Below, piece after piece: positions 45,264-56,600 of a DNA stretch of 64,000 nt. Made by a program: the position numbers and the translations under genes. The stretch spans positions 316,550 to 380,549 of the forward strand of contig JAHDYR010000008.1 of assembly GCA_019828565.1 (NCBI GenBank), given 5' to 3'. Each line of letters starts with the position of its first letter. Within the stretch, counting starts at the first letter, position 1. The notes beneath the pieces are model-generated. The model was not told the origin of the DNA. It was given only the letters and a program-made list of their open reading frames with translations, and did not search any database. The stretch comes from Carpediemonas membranifera BICM (Eukaryota; Protista; Fornicata).

Positions 45264-46021
45264 CCGAGGGTACCACGTCGGGCCCACAGTCGATACACAG
45301 GAAAGGCTACTGGATTTGCGAGGCCGCCCCACTCGTGTCTGACTGGCGCCCCCCGATCGCTGCCAAGCAGATAATCGCCGCCGCCCGGAACGTCGCCTCT
45401 GTAGAAGGCCTGACCGGGGGTGCGAAGCCTGTCACGTCCGCGAGAGTCCGCAGGGTCATAGACAGACGTCGGAAGTCACCCCAAGCCTTCCAGGCCGCCC
45501 TCTTTTCTGCTCTCTGCTTTATCACCGTGAGTAGAGGCGCAGAGATCTTTGGGCTCAGACGAAGAGACGTCGAGTTCGACGCTGATGGCAATGCCCTCCT
45601 TCTGTTCGCGAGAACTAAGACTGCCACAGGCGTCCGCAAGCTGGTACCAAACCAATCGTGGGCCCGCTTTAACCCAGCAAGGGCCCTGAAGGCATGGGTC
45701 CCCACGGCAACGCGCCGCGACGACGACCTCATCTGGCGGGCGATCACCTCAACCGGTGGTATTTCACTATCGAAGCCGCTACCGGCGTCAACCCTCCGCC
45801 ACTGGATCCACCAGGCGTACGGCACCGACATTTCGTGGCACTCATTCCGCAAGGGCGCCACCACGGAGTTGGCGGTAGCCCACACGAGTACCGAAGTCCT
45901 CCTGTCCATGGGGACGTGGGCCTCCACGAAAAGCATGCTGAGATATATGGGCAACGGGGTCCGCACACACCCGGGGGTCCAGGGACACCTGGCCTCCATC
46001 CTTCTCCAACCACCACTTTAA
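45100..46021 (+). CDS. Tyrosine recombinase domain (overlapping frame; true start unresolved)
   Basis: SRGAEI (R), RTKT (K), HSFRKG (HxxR), GTW (W), MLRY (Y). Confidence 0.9.
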
Positions 46022-46589
46022 ATCTCTGACGGGAGCTAGTGGCTGGGAGAGCTAGGTAGGGTGGGGCTGACACGCGTTACAACGGCAGATGTAAGCCACA
46101 ACAGACATTCTTTGACGCGGTCTCTCGAGGAGACGGTCGGTTTGGGCTCGCAAGCGTGCCTGCAAGCCATTCCACTATGCTCGTTGCCGGTGGGATATCC
46201 CCGTTGGGTAGAGCAAGTATGTCTAGAGGCTAGGACAGCTAGCTGGCGTTACATCGCGCTGACAGGTTACCTCGGGTAACGGGCCGTGAGCGGAGGGCAA
46301 TGAGATCGCCTCGCTCCGGCATGGTGATGCGCCGACCAGGCGAGCCGCGCAGTTTATGCGGGCAGAATGGTAGAAAATTCGGAACATCCAGATCCGACGG
46401 CACGATACTGGTCAAGACCGGTATATCCGCCCAGTAGGTAAGCTGGCCGGAGTCCCCTGATCGTTTACACTAGCTCTCTTCTTTAATAAACGATCGCCCC
46501 CCCCCGTTGGGTAGAGCAAGTATGTCTAGAGGCTAGGACAGCTAGCCTGGCGAATGCCGTTGGCATCTAAGTGCGTCACAGGGCAAAAC

Positions 46590-46662
46590 TGGTCCACGTG
46601 GGGCTCGAACCCACGACCTTTGGCTTATCAGACCAACGATCTACCGACTGATCTAGCAGACC
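46590..46662 (-). tRNA. tRNA-Ile (anticodon GAU)
   Basis: Cloverleaf: GGTCTGC/GTGGACC acceptor, GATC D-stem, TTGGT-CT GAT AA-GCCAA, GTGGG-TTCGAGC-CCCAC; T4 tract downstream. Confidence 0.93.
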
Positions 46663-47086
46663 TATATACACCCGATTTTTCGATCTATACATAACTGTTA
46701 TCAGCTCGACTAAATCCCGTCTGACTTGGCAGACGCCTCGGCTGTCTAGCCAAACCTAACGGAGTGAATTTACGGGTCAGCCTCCAGGTCTCGCGCGTGA
46801 ATTCGGCTGTCGGGAGACTCGCCCGACGCCTAGTGCTCGCCCCAGGAGCTAAGCGGTGGCCGCCGTCTTGTCGGCCATTTCTCTCCAGCATGTGCCAAAT
46901 CAATTCATCAATTGATTGGGCGGGACTACAGTGCCCTCCGCCCGTTCCCATCATAGGCCAGGCCGTTCCTGGCGTGCGGTGCCCATCACCGCGGAGCCGC
47001 AGACCTACGTACGAACACGTTTCCAAGTGCAATGATTATGTCTCCAATCGAATGCACAACAAGGCAAATAACCTCAGCCCATTCCT

Positions 47087-48445
47087 TTATTGCTTCACCG
47101 AGACGAATCTGACCTTGGACAATCCGTCAACATTACCAGTAACCCGCCCATCCGAATGGATGAACGCCGGCCCACCTTCCCCGTCGAGAATTCCAGCGAA
47201 CCCCTGCCCACACACCTCCCAGCAGCTGTGGGAGTCCTCGGTGGTTGTTCGGACACGCCACACCCCCTTGCTATCGATAGCGAAAAGGCGATCGTGTCCA
47301 ATGCCAATTTTCCTTATGTCTGGAGCAAGCTTCATAGGGGATGGTCGCCGCACCAGGTCATCGCCCAGGCCGAGCAGGCCGTAGTCAAGCCCGCAGCACA
47401 TTATGGCTTCAGGGCATATAAATATTGTCCGCAGACCATCTGAGACGATATTTGTGACCTTGAATGGCAGTTGGGTGAAGTCCCTGACCATCTCTGCCTC
47501 ATCTCCCACACCGAGCTGACAGAGATGGTTGTCCCCACCAGCGAAGGCCACACCGCTTTCACACAGCACATAGGTCGTCCATGACGTGGCTAGCACGTCG
47601 ACTATCGGGGGGAACTTGTCGGAACCAACCGGGCCGACGTCGATCGTGCCCGTTCTATCCCCAGGACCGACCAGATGCCGGGGCCCGCAGATGAGTAACC
47701 TGCCCTCTGTCTCGATCATGGTGCAGAATGGGCCAGTCCACACGGCAGCCGCGCCGCCCAGGCGGATCCACCCGCAGTCCCCCACCTTGGGGTCGAGCGA
47801 CTGCCGCGTGACAGAGGAGGTGACAAAGATCGCCCAGTATGTCCAGGCGATAATGGCGTCATGTTCAATCTTCACTCCGACGACGTCCTCGAGGCCCAGC
47901 CCGCGGGGCTTTCTCCAGCAACCACTCGGCCCGACAAGCTTGTGGCCGGTCCCATGCCCCCAGCCAACCAGGCCCCGCACCGTGCTCGCCACTGTTGTCC
48001 CATGGGCGCACCACACAGCCCAGACGGGCGGGACCCTTATCCACACGAGCGAGGGGATCCACGCCGCCCTGGCAGCGAGTTGGCCACTAGTGTTGTTCCC
48101 TCTGCCGAAAAGCCTGCCGTGATAGTGGTGAATCGTTGTACCCATGTCTGTGATACTGCGGCGTGCTCGGCAGAACTCGTGGTGGACAAAGAGGAACTTC
48201 CTGCAGATGAAGCGGGCATCGGAGACGCCGCTGTGGATGAGGATGGCGACTATGGTGCATGGCATAAGCGTGTATATCTCATCTGGTAACTGTTCGCCAA
48301 TATTTAGCGGGATATTGATTGTCACCCGCCTTTGGGAAGCTTGTTTCTCAGTATCCGGGGTTTGCAGCAGAATTTCCTCATTCACCTTCCCAATCTCAGG
48401 TCTATGAGCACTTGTTTGCATATTGCTGCAGTGCATTGCTTTCAT
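47087..48445 (-). CDS. RCC1/BLIP-II-like beta-propeller protein (start may be ATG at 48145)
   Basis: GRLFGRGNNTSGQL, AGGDNHLCQLGVG, CGLDYGLLGLG. Confidence 0.75.
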   Translation of the reverse strand: MKAMHCSNMQTSAHRPEIGKVNEEILLQTPDTEKQASQRRVTINIPLNIGEQLPDEIYTLMPCTIVAILIHSGVSDARFICRKFLFVHHEFCRARRSITDMGTTIHHYHGRLFGRGNNTSGQLAARAAWIPSLVWIRVPPVWAVWCAHGTTVASTVRGLVGWGHGTGHKLVGPSGCWRKPRGLGLEDVVGVKIEHDAIIAWTYWAIFVTSSVTRQSLDPKVGDCGWIRLGGAAAVWTGPFCTMIETEGRLLICGPRHLVGPGDRTGTIDVGPVGSDKFPPIVDVLATSWTTYVLCESGVAFAGGDNHLCQLGVGDEAEMVRDFTQLPFKVTNIVSDGLRTIFICPEAIMCCGLDYGLLGLGDDLVRRPSPMKLAPDIRKIGIGHDRLFAIDSKGVWRVRTTTEDSHSCWEVCGQGFAGILDGEGGPAFIHSDGRVTGNVDGLSKVRFVSVKQ

Positions 48446-48753
48446 CTCACGTTCACTTTCATGACACCATCGAAGTTCGCATTGTTTCTTGGTACGTGGG
48501 AGCGATCAATAACATAACCCTATGTATCATCTGACCTCATCCGTTGCACAGCTGTAAGTCACCCAGCACGAATGAGAGGCTTGTCCAGCAGGGAATCGGT
48601 GTCGGCCTTCGTCGGCACATCACGCCCCTGAAACAACTCAGGCTCCTGTATAGGGTGTCTGGGCATGTTGCACGCGCTTCACTTCCTCGACCTCAGCGGA
48701 TGTGACTTGGTTTGGAGTCGAGCTTCTCCAGACATCCAGTATGACATGCCAAG

Positions 48754-50298
48754 ATGGAGAGCAGGACGCCCCATGAGGCATCCAACGTCCGAAAGGGTTT
48801 CAACCCAATGACGCATAAGCGAGAATTGCACGAGAACATCAATACTCTGAGAAAGATGAAGAGGGAGCATTCCTTTGCTTCCCTGCAGCGCCCGCTTGGG
48901 TTTAGGGACAGCCAGGAGGCTGTTGATACAGACATCTTTGAAGACCTATCATTGCTCCGCACCGACGAGGACTTCGCCCTTTGTGCCGACCGGCTGGAGC
49001 ACGGAGACATCCCCACGAAGCTCCAGGCCGCCGTGGAGATCCGCAGAACAATAGCCACAGCCGAGCACGGTGTGGTCGACTCGCTCGTCCAGGTCGGAGT
49101 TATCCCCATTGCCATCGCACTGTTGGGGTCGTCATCCTCGTCCCGAGTCAGGCTCGAAGCCGCATGGTTGCTGACCACCGTGGGAGAAGGGGAGTACGCC
49201 GCGGTTGCTATCAGCGAGGGGGCACTGGCCGTGCTTTACGAGGCTATGTCGGACACAGACGATGCAGTGGAGACCCAGGCCCTCTGGGCCCTTGCAACCC
49301 TGGCCTCATCCGTTGAAGGGCTAGCCTCAGAGATCGCCGCCAGTGGCTTTATGGACAGGGTCGCGACACTCCTGGACGAGGATCCGCCCCTAGACGACGT
49401 CCGCACGCTGGCCTGGTCTGCCGGAGTGATCGCCCAGAGTCTCAGTGGTCCAGACCGCCGCCACAGCCACGCGGTGCTCCCACCGCTGGGCCGCACGCTG
49501 GGCAGGCTGGCTGGGAATCTGGGCGATCATGACTCAGACACGGCCTTGGTGGATCTGCTCATCGCTGTCGCCTTTATAAGTCACGGAGGTGACAGTGACA
49601 TAGCCGCGGTGTGTCAGGCGGGCATCGTACCGTCTGTGGTCGACCTTGTCGCCGGCCCAAGGACTGTGGCGACGTCGGCCATCAGGGTGCTCGGTAACAT
49701 CACCTCCAGTGACGATAACAGGTACATAGACGTCGTCATTGATGCGCTGGGCCTGGCTGCGCTGGTTTCCGTGCTCGCGACAGCACCGGACCCCTTGAAG
49801 CGGGAAGCGCTATGGGCCTTGGCGAACGTCGCAGCAGGCACACCCGCCCAGCTGACAGCTGTGTTGAACGAGGGCGCGCTCCCTCTTGTGATCAGGTTGG
49901 CCGAGCAAGGTTCCCAGGGCGTCCAGCAGGAGGCGCTCTTCTTCATCCGGAACTTCACGATGAACGCATCCTTGCCCCAGCTCACCGAGGCCGCAGACCT
50001 CGGCCTCATCCGCGTCTTGTCAGACTCCCTTGCGGCCAGGCTTGGACGGACGGCGGCCTGGTTCCTGGTCGCCATGGACTGCATCCGGAACATGATCGCT
50101 GCGAGCGGCACACTTGACCCGACCTCCAACGTGTTCCTGGACCAGCTACAGTCGTTCCGGGGGGTCGACCGAATCCACCGTCTCGCGACCCACCCCAAGA
50201 ACAGGGTCCATGCGGCCGCCGTGGGGATGCTCGAAGAGTTCGGCCTGGGTGACGAGGACGAAGGTGGTATCGACGACGGTAGGCTCTCGTTTGCTTGA
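48754..50298 (+). CDS. Importin-alpha-like ARM repeat protein
   Basis: IBB-like basic N-terminus; EAAWLLT, QALWALA, AIRVLGNI, KREALWALANVAAG. Confidence 0.85.
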   Translation: MESRTPHEASNVRKGFNPMTHKRELHENINTLRKMKREHSFASLQRPLGFRDSQEAVDTDIFEDLSLLRTDEDFALCADRLEHGDIPTKLQAAVEIRRTIATAEHGVVDSLVQVGVIPIAIALLGSSSSSRVRLEAAWLLTTVGEGEYAAVAISEGALAVLYEAMSDTDDAVETQALWALATLASSVEGLASEIAASGFMDRVATLLDEDPPLDDVRTLAWSAGVIAQSLSGPDRRHSHAVLPPLGRTLGRLAGNLGDHDSDTALVDLLIAVAFISHGGDSDIAAVCQAGIVPSVVDLVAGPRTVATSAIRVLGNITSSDDNRYIDVVIDALGLAALVSVLATAPDPLKREALWALANVAAGTPAQLTAVLNEGALPLVIRLAEQGSQGVQQEALFFIRNFTMNASLPQLTEAADLGLIRVLSDSLAARLGRTAAWFLVAMDCIRNMIAASGTLDPTSNVFLDQLQSFRGVDRIHRLATHPKNRVHAAAVGMLEEFGLGDEDEGGIDDGRLSFA

Positions 50299-50571
50299 CT
50301 GGGTGCGTCGTGGTAAATGACATTCCGAGATGGGTGTTTTGCTGATCAGGATTTGCTCGGAAAGGGAGTGATAAAGAGATCATAGAGCAGCTCACATAGC
50401 TCTACGACACTCACTGGGCGTCATCCCGACCTGAAGGGGCCGAACCGATGACGAGATCATTTCGATCTCAAAGCGATTCGCAGCGCCCCGATGCTTCGGT
50501 CCTCGCATTTCAAAGCCGGCAAGCGAGCAAAGATCGGTTAGATGACGGTTGATTGCCAGCGTACACACACG

Positions 50572-52074
50572 ATGAGCAAGGTTCTTGCGACCCTTGGCCC
50601 GAATACCACGAAGGAGGATATTCGCGCTTACTTCGACGCAGGTCTGGACTTGGTGCGCATCAACTGCTCCCATTTGCGCGATAAGGACGCGAAGATGGCC
50701 GAGCTGATCACCGCCATTCGCCAGATCTCGGACGAGGTCGGCGTCCACATCGGTATCCTCGTCGATCTCCAGGGCCCCAAGATCCGTTGCGGGTCCTTCG
50801 CCAACGGCCCCTACGTGCTCGAGCGGGAGCAGAGCTTCACCTTCGACATGGATCTCGACACCCCCGGAGACCGGACCCGCGTGGGCCTGCCCCACCCTGA
50901 GATCTTCAAGGCCATCGAGGTCGGCCACAACATCCTCGTGAACGACGGCGCCATCGCCATGCGGGTCGATGCAGTGGACCGCGAGAACCTCGTCATCGAG
51001 ACGACGGTCACCCAGGAAGGCGAGATCAACAACCGCAAAGGCGTCAACGTCCCTGACACCATCCTGCAGCTTTCGGCCATGACAGCTAAGGACCGCCGTG
51101 ACCTTGCCTTCGCCCTCGAGCACTCGCCCGACTGGATCGCCCTGTCGTTTGTCCAGACTGCCAGCGACGTCCAGGAGTGCCAGGCTATGGTCCAGGGCAG
51201 GGCCCGCGTCATGGCAAAGATCGAGAAGCCCCAGGCCCTCGAGAACCTCGTCGAGATCGTCGAGACCGCGGACGGCATCATGGTAGCCCGCGGCGACCTT
51301 GGCGTCGAGCTCAGTCTGTCCCAGGTGCCTGCCGCCCAGAAGCGGTGCATCAAGCTCGCCCGCTCCCACGGCAAGCCCGTCGTCGTCGCCACACAGATGC
51401 TCGAGTCCATGATCAGCCGGCCCGTCCCCACCAGGGCCGAGGTTAACGACGTCGCCTGTGCCGTGTTCGACGGGGCCGACTGCCTCATGCTGTCCGCCGA
51501 GACGGCCATTGGTCAGTTCCCCACCCGCGCCATCGCGACTATGGCTGGTACGATCAGCGAGGTGCAGGCTGACCCCCTCTACCTCAAGAGCGTGCACGCC
51601 ACATCCCTCGCCCGGACCCACCTCGTCACCCCAGACGCCATCGCCGCGGCCGCCTGCCTCACCGTCAAGGCGCTGAGTGCGTCTGTAGTCGTGGTGTACA
51701 CCCGCACGGGCGGTGCGGCCGTCCGGATGTCCCGGGAGCGACCCGACGCCCTCATCGTGGCCATGACACCGTCCCTGCAGACCGCCCGCGCCCTCTCCCT
51801 CGTATGGGGCGTGCGGGCAGTCCACATCAAGGAGGACGCCGCCAGCTTCATGGACATGTGCGCCAAGGCCGACAACACCGTCACTGGTCTCAGCGTGGCT
51901 CAGCCCGGCGACCAGGTCGTCGTCATCGCCGGCGTGCCGTTCGGTGCCCAGGCGATCAACCTCATGCACGTCCTCGAGGTTACGGGGACCGTTGGGCGGC
52001 AGGCTATGGAGAGTAGGCGGAGCAACGAAGACATGGTGTCGGAGCTCGCTGATAGGCATGGGGACGAGGAATAG
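50572..52074 (+). CDS. pyk: Pyruvate kinase (alternative start 50542)
   Basis: KVLATLGP, RINCSH, DLQGPKIR, AKIEK, MVARGDLGVE, ATQMLESM, PTRAE, MLSAETA. Confidence 0.96.
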   Translation: MSKVLATLGPNTTKEDIRAYFDAGLDLVRINCSHLRDKDAKMAELITAIRQISDEVGVHIGILVDLQGPKIRCGSFANGPYVLEREQSFTFDMDLDTPGDRTRVGLPHPEIFKAIEVGHNILVNDGAIAMRVDAVDRENLVIETTVTQEGEINNRKGVNVPDTILQLSAMTAKDRRDLAFALEHSPDWIALSFVQTASDVQECQAMVQGRARVMAKIEKPQALENLVEIVETADGIMVARGDLGVELSLSQVPAAQKRCIKLARSHGKPVVVATQMLESMISRPVPTRAEVNDVACAVFDGADCLMLSAETAIGQFPTRAIATMAGTISEVQADPLYLKSVHATSLARTHLVTPDAIAAAACLTVKALSASVVVVYTRTGGAAVRMSRERPDALIVAMTPSLQTARALSLVWGVRAVHIKEDAASFMDMCAKADNTVTGLSVAQPGDQVVVIAGVPFGAQAINLMHVLEVTGTVGRQAMESRRSNEDMVSELADRHGDEE

Positions 52075-52186
52075 TTTATTTTGGTCGTTTAAATCGGATT
52101 GGCGGGGCTTTATGGAGCGTTATGTATGCGATAAATCGATCATGCATTCCCCTGCTTTGGTCACGCACTAAATTGGAGGAAGAAGA

Positions 52187-53416
52187 ATGTCCAACGACGA
52201 TCGCTCATTCTATGAAATCCTCGGCGTGGGGAAGAACGCCACAGATGCCGAGATTAAGAAGGCCTATCGCAAGCTTGCGGCGAAGTATCACCCTGATAAG
52301 GCTGGCGATGACCCTGAAGCCATGGCGAAGTTCAAGGAGATGTCCGAGGCGTACCAGGTGCTCTCTGATAGCCAAAAGAAGAACATCTACGACCAATACG
52401 GCAAAGAGGGTCTCAAGAACGACGGCATGGGCGGCATGGGCGGGTTCGGCGGAATGGCCGACCTGTTCGACATGATGGGCGGTGGCTTCGGCGGTATGCG
52501 CGGCGGACGTCGCGCCGGCCCCCGCAAGGGCGAGGACATTGTCCACCGCCTGGCCGTTTCCCTCGACGACCTCTACAAGGGCCGCTCCTCCAAGATGGCC
52601 GTCACCCGCGACATCATGTGCCCCGACTGCCACGGCTCAGGTTCCATCAGCGGCAAGAGCGCGACCTGCCCCGACTGCCGCGGCCAGGGCGTCCGTCTCG
52701 TCATGCGTCAGATCGGGCCCGGTATGGTGCAGCAGATGCAGCAGCGGTGCGGGAAGTGCAACGGCACAGGCCAGTCCGTAGCTGCTGGAGATCTGTGCAA
52801 GAAGTGCAAGGGCCACCGCACTGTCAAGGACAAGAAGGTTCTCGAGGTTACCATCGAGAAGGGCATGTCCAACGGCAAGAAGATCGTTTTCCGCGGCGAG
52901 GGTCAGGCTGAGCCTGAAGGCGAGCCGGGTGACATCGTCTTTGTCATCGCCGAGAAGGAGCACCCGACTTTCAAGCGGCAGGGGCAGCACCTCATCATCG
53001 GCAAGACGATCCCCCTCGGGTCAGCGCTGACGGGCGTGTCGTTCCACATCACCCACATGGACGGCCGTAAGCTGCTTGTCCAGACGCAGCCGGGTCAGGT
53101 TATCACACCCGAGATGGTGCTGTGTGTTGATGGCGAAGGCATGCCTGTACACCGCCGGCCGTTCGAGAAGGGCAACCTGTTCATCAAGTTTGAAGTGCAG
53201 TTCCCGAATAGGCTGGACGCCACCCAGACGGGGCTCCTGAAGAAGCTCCTGCCCTGCTCCCCTATGGAGACGGAGAAGGCCGACGATGAGACCATCACGA
53301 TGACGCCCTTCGACCAGTCCAAGCTGCGCGAGACGATGACTGGGGGGAACGCGTACGACAGCGACGAGGACATCGGTCACGGCGGTGGGCCGGGCATGCA
53401 GTGCCAGTCCCAGTAA
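52187..53416 (+). CDS. DNAJA: Type I DnaJ/Hsp40 (DNAJA/Ydj1-like)
   Basis: HPD J-domain, G/F region, four CxxCxGxG-type motifs, C-terminal CQSQ CaaX box. Confidence 0.96.
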   Translation: MSNDDRSFYEILGVGKNATDAEIKKAYRKLAAKYHPDKAGDDPEAMAKFKEMSEAYQVLSDSQKKNIYDQYGKEGLKNDGMGGMGGFGGMADLFDMMGGGFGGMRGGRRAGPRKGEDIVHRLAVSLDDLYKGRSSKMAVTRDIMCPDCHGSGSISGKSATCPDCRGQGVRLVMRQIGPGMVQQMQQRCGKCNGTGQSVAAGDLCKKCKGHRTVKDKKVLEVTIEKGMSNGKKIVFRGEGQAEPEGEPGDIVFVIAEKEHPTFKRQGQHLIIGKTIPLGSALTGVSFHITHMDGRKLLVQTQPGQVITPEMVLCVDGEGMPVHRRPFEKGNLFIKFEVQFPNRLDATQTGLLKKLLPCSPMETEKADDETITMTPFDQSKLRETMTGGNAYDSDEDIGHGGGPGMQCQSQ

Positions 53417-53681
53417 TGTATAAAGACGGTAACTGATAGATGCTGTGGTAGGCCATGCCTGGGCTCCCGTAGGGGGACGTGTCGCGCCACGAGGGCCCTC
53501 CTTAAATTTGTCGCGAAAATACCCATCCAACGACGATGAAGAAGCTAATCCTGTTAATTTCGTTCTTTATCGCGGTGGCATGGGCGTGTTCATCTGGAGA
53601 ATACGTCCATCCCGATTTCGTCGGTGAATGTCTCCCTTGTCCAACAGGGTTTTAGTTCGTTGCCGCATTCCCCCTCACACA

Positions 53682-56600
53682 GTTGCACAGACGGAATAAC
53701 AGCCACACCCTGTTCAGCAGGAACGTCTTATCCAGATACAGGGTCCCGCAAGGCGTCCAACTGTGATGATTGCGCAGCAGGCACTTATTCGATCGCTGGT
53801 TCGGCAGCCTGCTTGCTCTGCCCCGCTGGGACGTACTCGAATGCCGGCGCGTCGTCATGCACGGACTGTGTGAGCGGCGAGTATGCGCTCAGTGGCGCTG
53901 CATCGTGCACAGCGTGTCCTGCTGGCTCGGCGTGCGCCACGACAACATCCGCGCCCGTTGCTTGCTCATACGGCTACTACTCCGAGGAAGGCGCCACTGT
54001 GTGCACCATATGCCCTGCTGGCTCCAAGTGCGCCGCCCCATCGTCCTCTCCCGTGGCCTGCTCGACGGGCACGTACTCACCAGCCGGGTCGACCTCGTGT
54101 AGCACGTGTCCTGACGGCTACGAGTGCTCCGATCCGGCGTCACCGAGTGCTTGTGCGGACGGCCAGTACGTGGCCTCGAACAGACAGTCGTGCGTTGACT
54201 GCGAGGCCGGGTACTACTGCCCCAGCCCCGACGAGGCGCACGTCGCTTGCGCAGACGGCTACTATCAAGACTCCACCGGCCAGCAATCCTGTATTGCCTG
54301 TCCCGCCGGCTACGAGTGCTCTGACAAGACCACTGCGACGTCCTGTCCCGCTGGCTACTACTCTGACGCCATGTCGATGGCCTGCACCGAGTGCGCGGCC
54401 GGGTCAACCTGCTCGGCGACACCCACGACGTGCCCGCTAGGCACGTATGCCCTTGCTGGTGACACATCCTGCACCACCTGCCCGGCGGGCTACGGATGCC
54501 CGACGACGTCCTCCGCCCCCGTGGCCTGCTCCAGCGGCCAGTACGTCAGCCCGACGACCTACGCCTGCCTCGCAGTCCCCGCCGGGTACTACGCCGCGAC
54601 GCCCGCAGACAGTATTGACACCTGCGCCGCAGGCTATTACTCCACCGGGAGCGCGACCGCCTGCACGGCGTGCCCCGCTGGTCAGGCCTGCCCCAACGCC
54701 GACGGCACTGGCATCGTCAGCTGCCTCGCTGGCTACTACAGCGAGGCCGGGTCAACCGAGTGCACCGAGTGCCCTGAGGGCTTCTACTGCCCGGATACGG
54801 ACGCCGCGACAACCACTGCGTGTTCCTCAGGCTACTACACTTCCAGCGGCTCCAAGGTCTGTACCAAATGCGAGCCCGGTTTCGCCTGCCCCACGGGCGC
54901 CCTCGCCGACCGGGTGCGGTGCGACCAGGGAGAGTACGCTCCCGCCGGGTCGACCGACTGTACCGCGTGCCCCGCTGGGTACGAGTGTGCTGACACCGTT
55001 TCCACGCCTGTGGCCTGCTCCTCCGGTGAGTACGCCGTTGCCGGGTCGACAGCCTGTACTGTCTGCCCCGAAGGCTACTACTGCCCCGACACCGATGCCG
55101 CCACTGTCACAGCGTGTGACGCTGGTGAGTACTCGACCGGCGGTGCGACGTCTTGCACCGCGTGTGACGCCGGGTATTACTGCCCTGATAAGGTCGGCAC
55201 GATGAACGCTTGCTCCCCCGGCACCTACTCGCTCGGCGGCACCACCACATGTACCACCTGCCCCGCTGGCTACAAGTGCGCCGACAGCAGTGTCGCGCCC
55301 GTCGCCTGCGCCTCGGGCTGGTACTCTGGCCAGGGCGCCACGACCTGCACGATCTGCCCGGCTGGGTATCAATGCCCCTCTGCCTCTAACGGCCCCTCGG
55401 GCTGTCCCGCCGGGTACTACTCGTACGAGGGTGCGATAACCTGCACTGCCTGTGACGCCGGCTACGTCTGCCCGGCCACGTCCGACACGGCCACCCCTGC
55501 CGCGTCGATCTGCTCCATCGGGTACTACTGCCCCTCCGGGACGACCGCGCAGTTCCCCTGCGCCTCTGGCACTTATGGAGCTTCAACTGGCCTGGGTGCC
55601 GCCGGTGAGTGCACCACGTGCCCTGAGGGATACTACTGCCCCTCCGGCATCACAAACCCCGCCGACCAGGGTGACAAGTACGTCTGCCCCGCTGGGTACT
55701 ACTGCCCCGACGGCACTGCCACTGCTCGCGCCAACCCGTGCGGCGCAGGAACGTTCTCACCCACGACCGGGGCGACCTCATCCGCGACTTGCATCGACTG
55801 CGATGCTGGCTTCTACTGCCCAGCTGGCTCATCCCGCAAGACACCGTGCCCGGCAGGGTACTACTGCCCGGCCAACGCCGGCTCTTACGCCGCCACGCCG
55901 TGCCCCGCTGGGTCCTACTACGCGAACGTCGCCGCTGAGAACACCGGAGATTGCGAGGCCTGCCCAGCCGGCCACTACTGTCTCCAGGCTTCAACTGCCC
56001 CGACCCCCTGCCCGGATGGCACGTACCGGCCGACAGTTGGCGGGAGCTCCCTGACCAGCTGCACTGAATGCACGGCCAGCTTCGTCTGCTCCGGCACCGG
56101 CACCGTCACACCAGCCATATCCTGCGCGGCCGGCCACTACTGCCCCACCGGCACTGTCTCCACCACTGAGTACCCCTGCCCCGCCGGGACGTACACTGAT
56201 CTGACGAATCTGACGGACTGGTCACAGTGTGACACCTGCCCCGCTGGCCACTATTGTCTGTCCGGCACCGGCGGAACTACGCCACCCGCAACATGCCCCA
56301 CCGGTTACTACTGCCCCGCCGGCACTTCATTCGCCACCGAGTTCCCCTGCCCAGCAAGCTCATACAACGACCTGACTGGCCAGAGGTCAATGGACAACTG
56401 CACGATCTGCCCCGAGGGGTCGTACTGCGAGGAGGCCTCGAGTACCCCAACCGCAACATGCCCCGCGGGCTACTACTGCCCCGAAGGGACCTCATACGAC
56501 ACCCAGCACCCCTGCCCCGCCGGCACGTACAACACTCTGACGGGCCAGAAGAACGACCTGTGCTGCGACCCCTGTCCCACCGGGAACTACTGCCCCGAAG

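Larger units (their letters stand above)
42551..46545 (+). mobile_element. Tyrosine-recombinase retrotransposon copy 2 (uninterrupted), split direct repeats A1-ORFs-B1-A2-spacer-B2
   Basis: A1 42551-42724 (shared with copy 1), B1 ~46199-46243, A2 46229-46402, B2 ~46502-46546. Confidence 0.92.
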
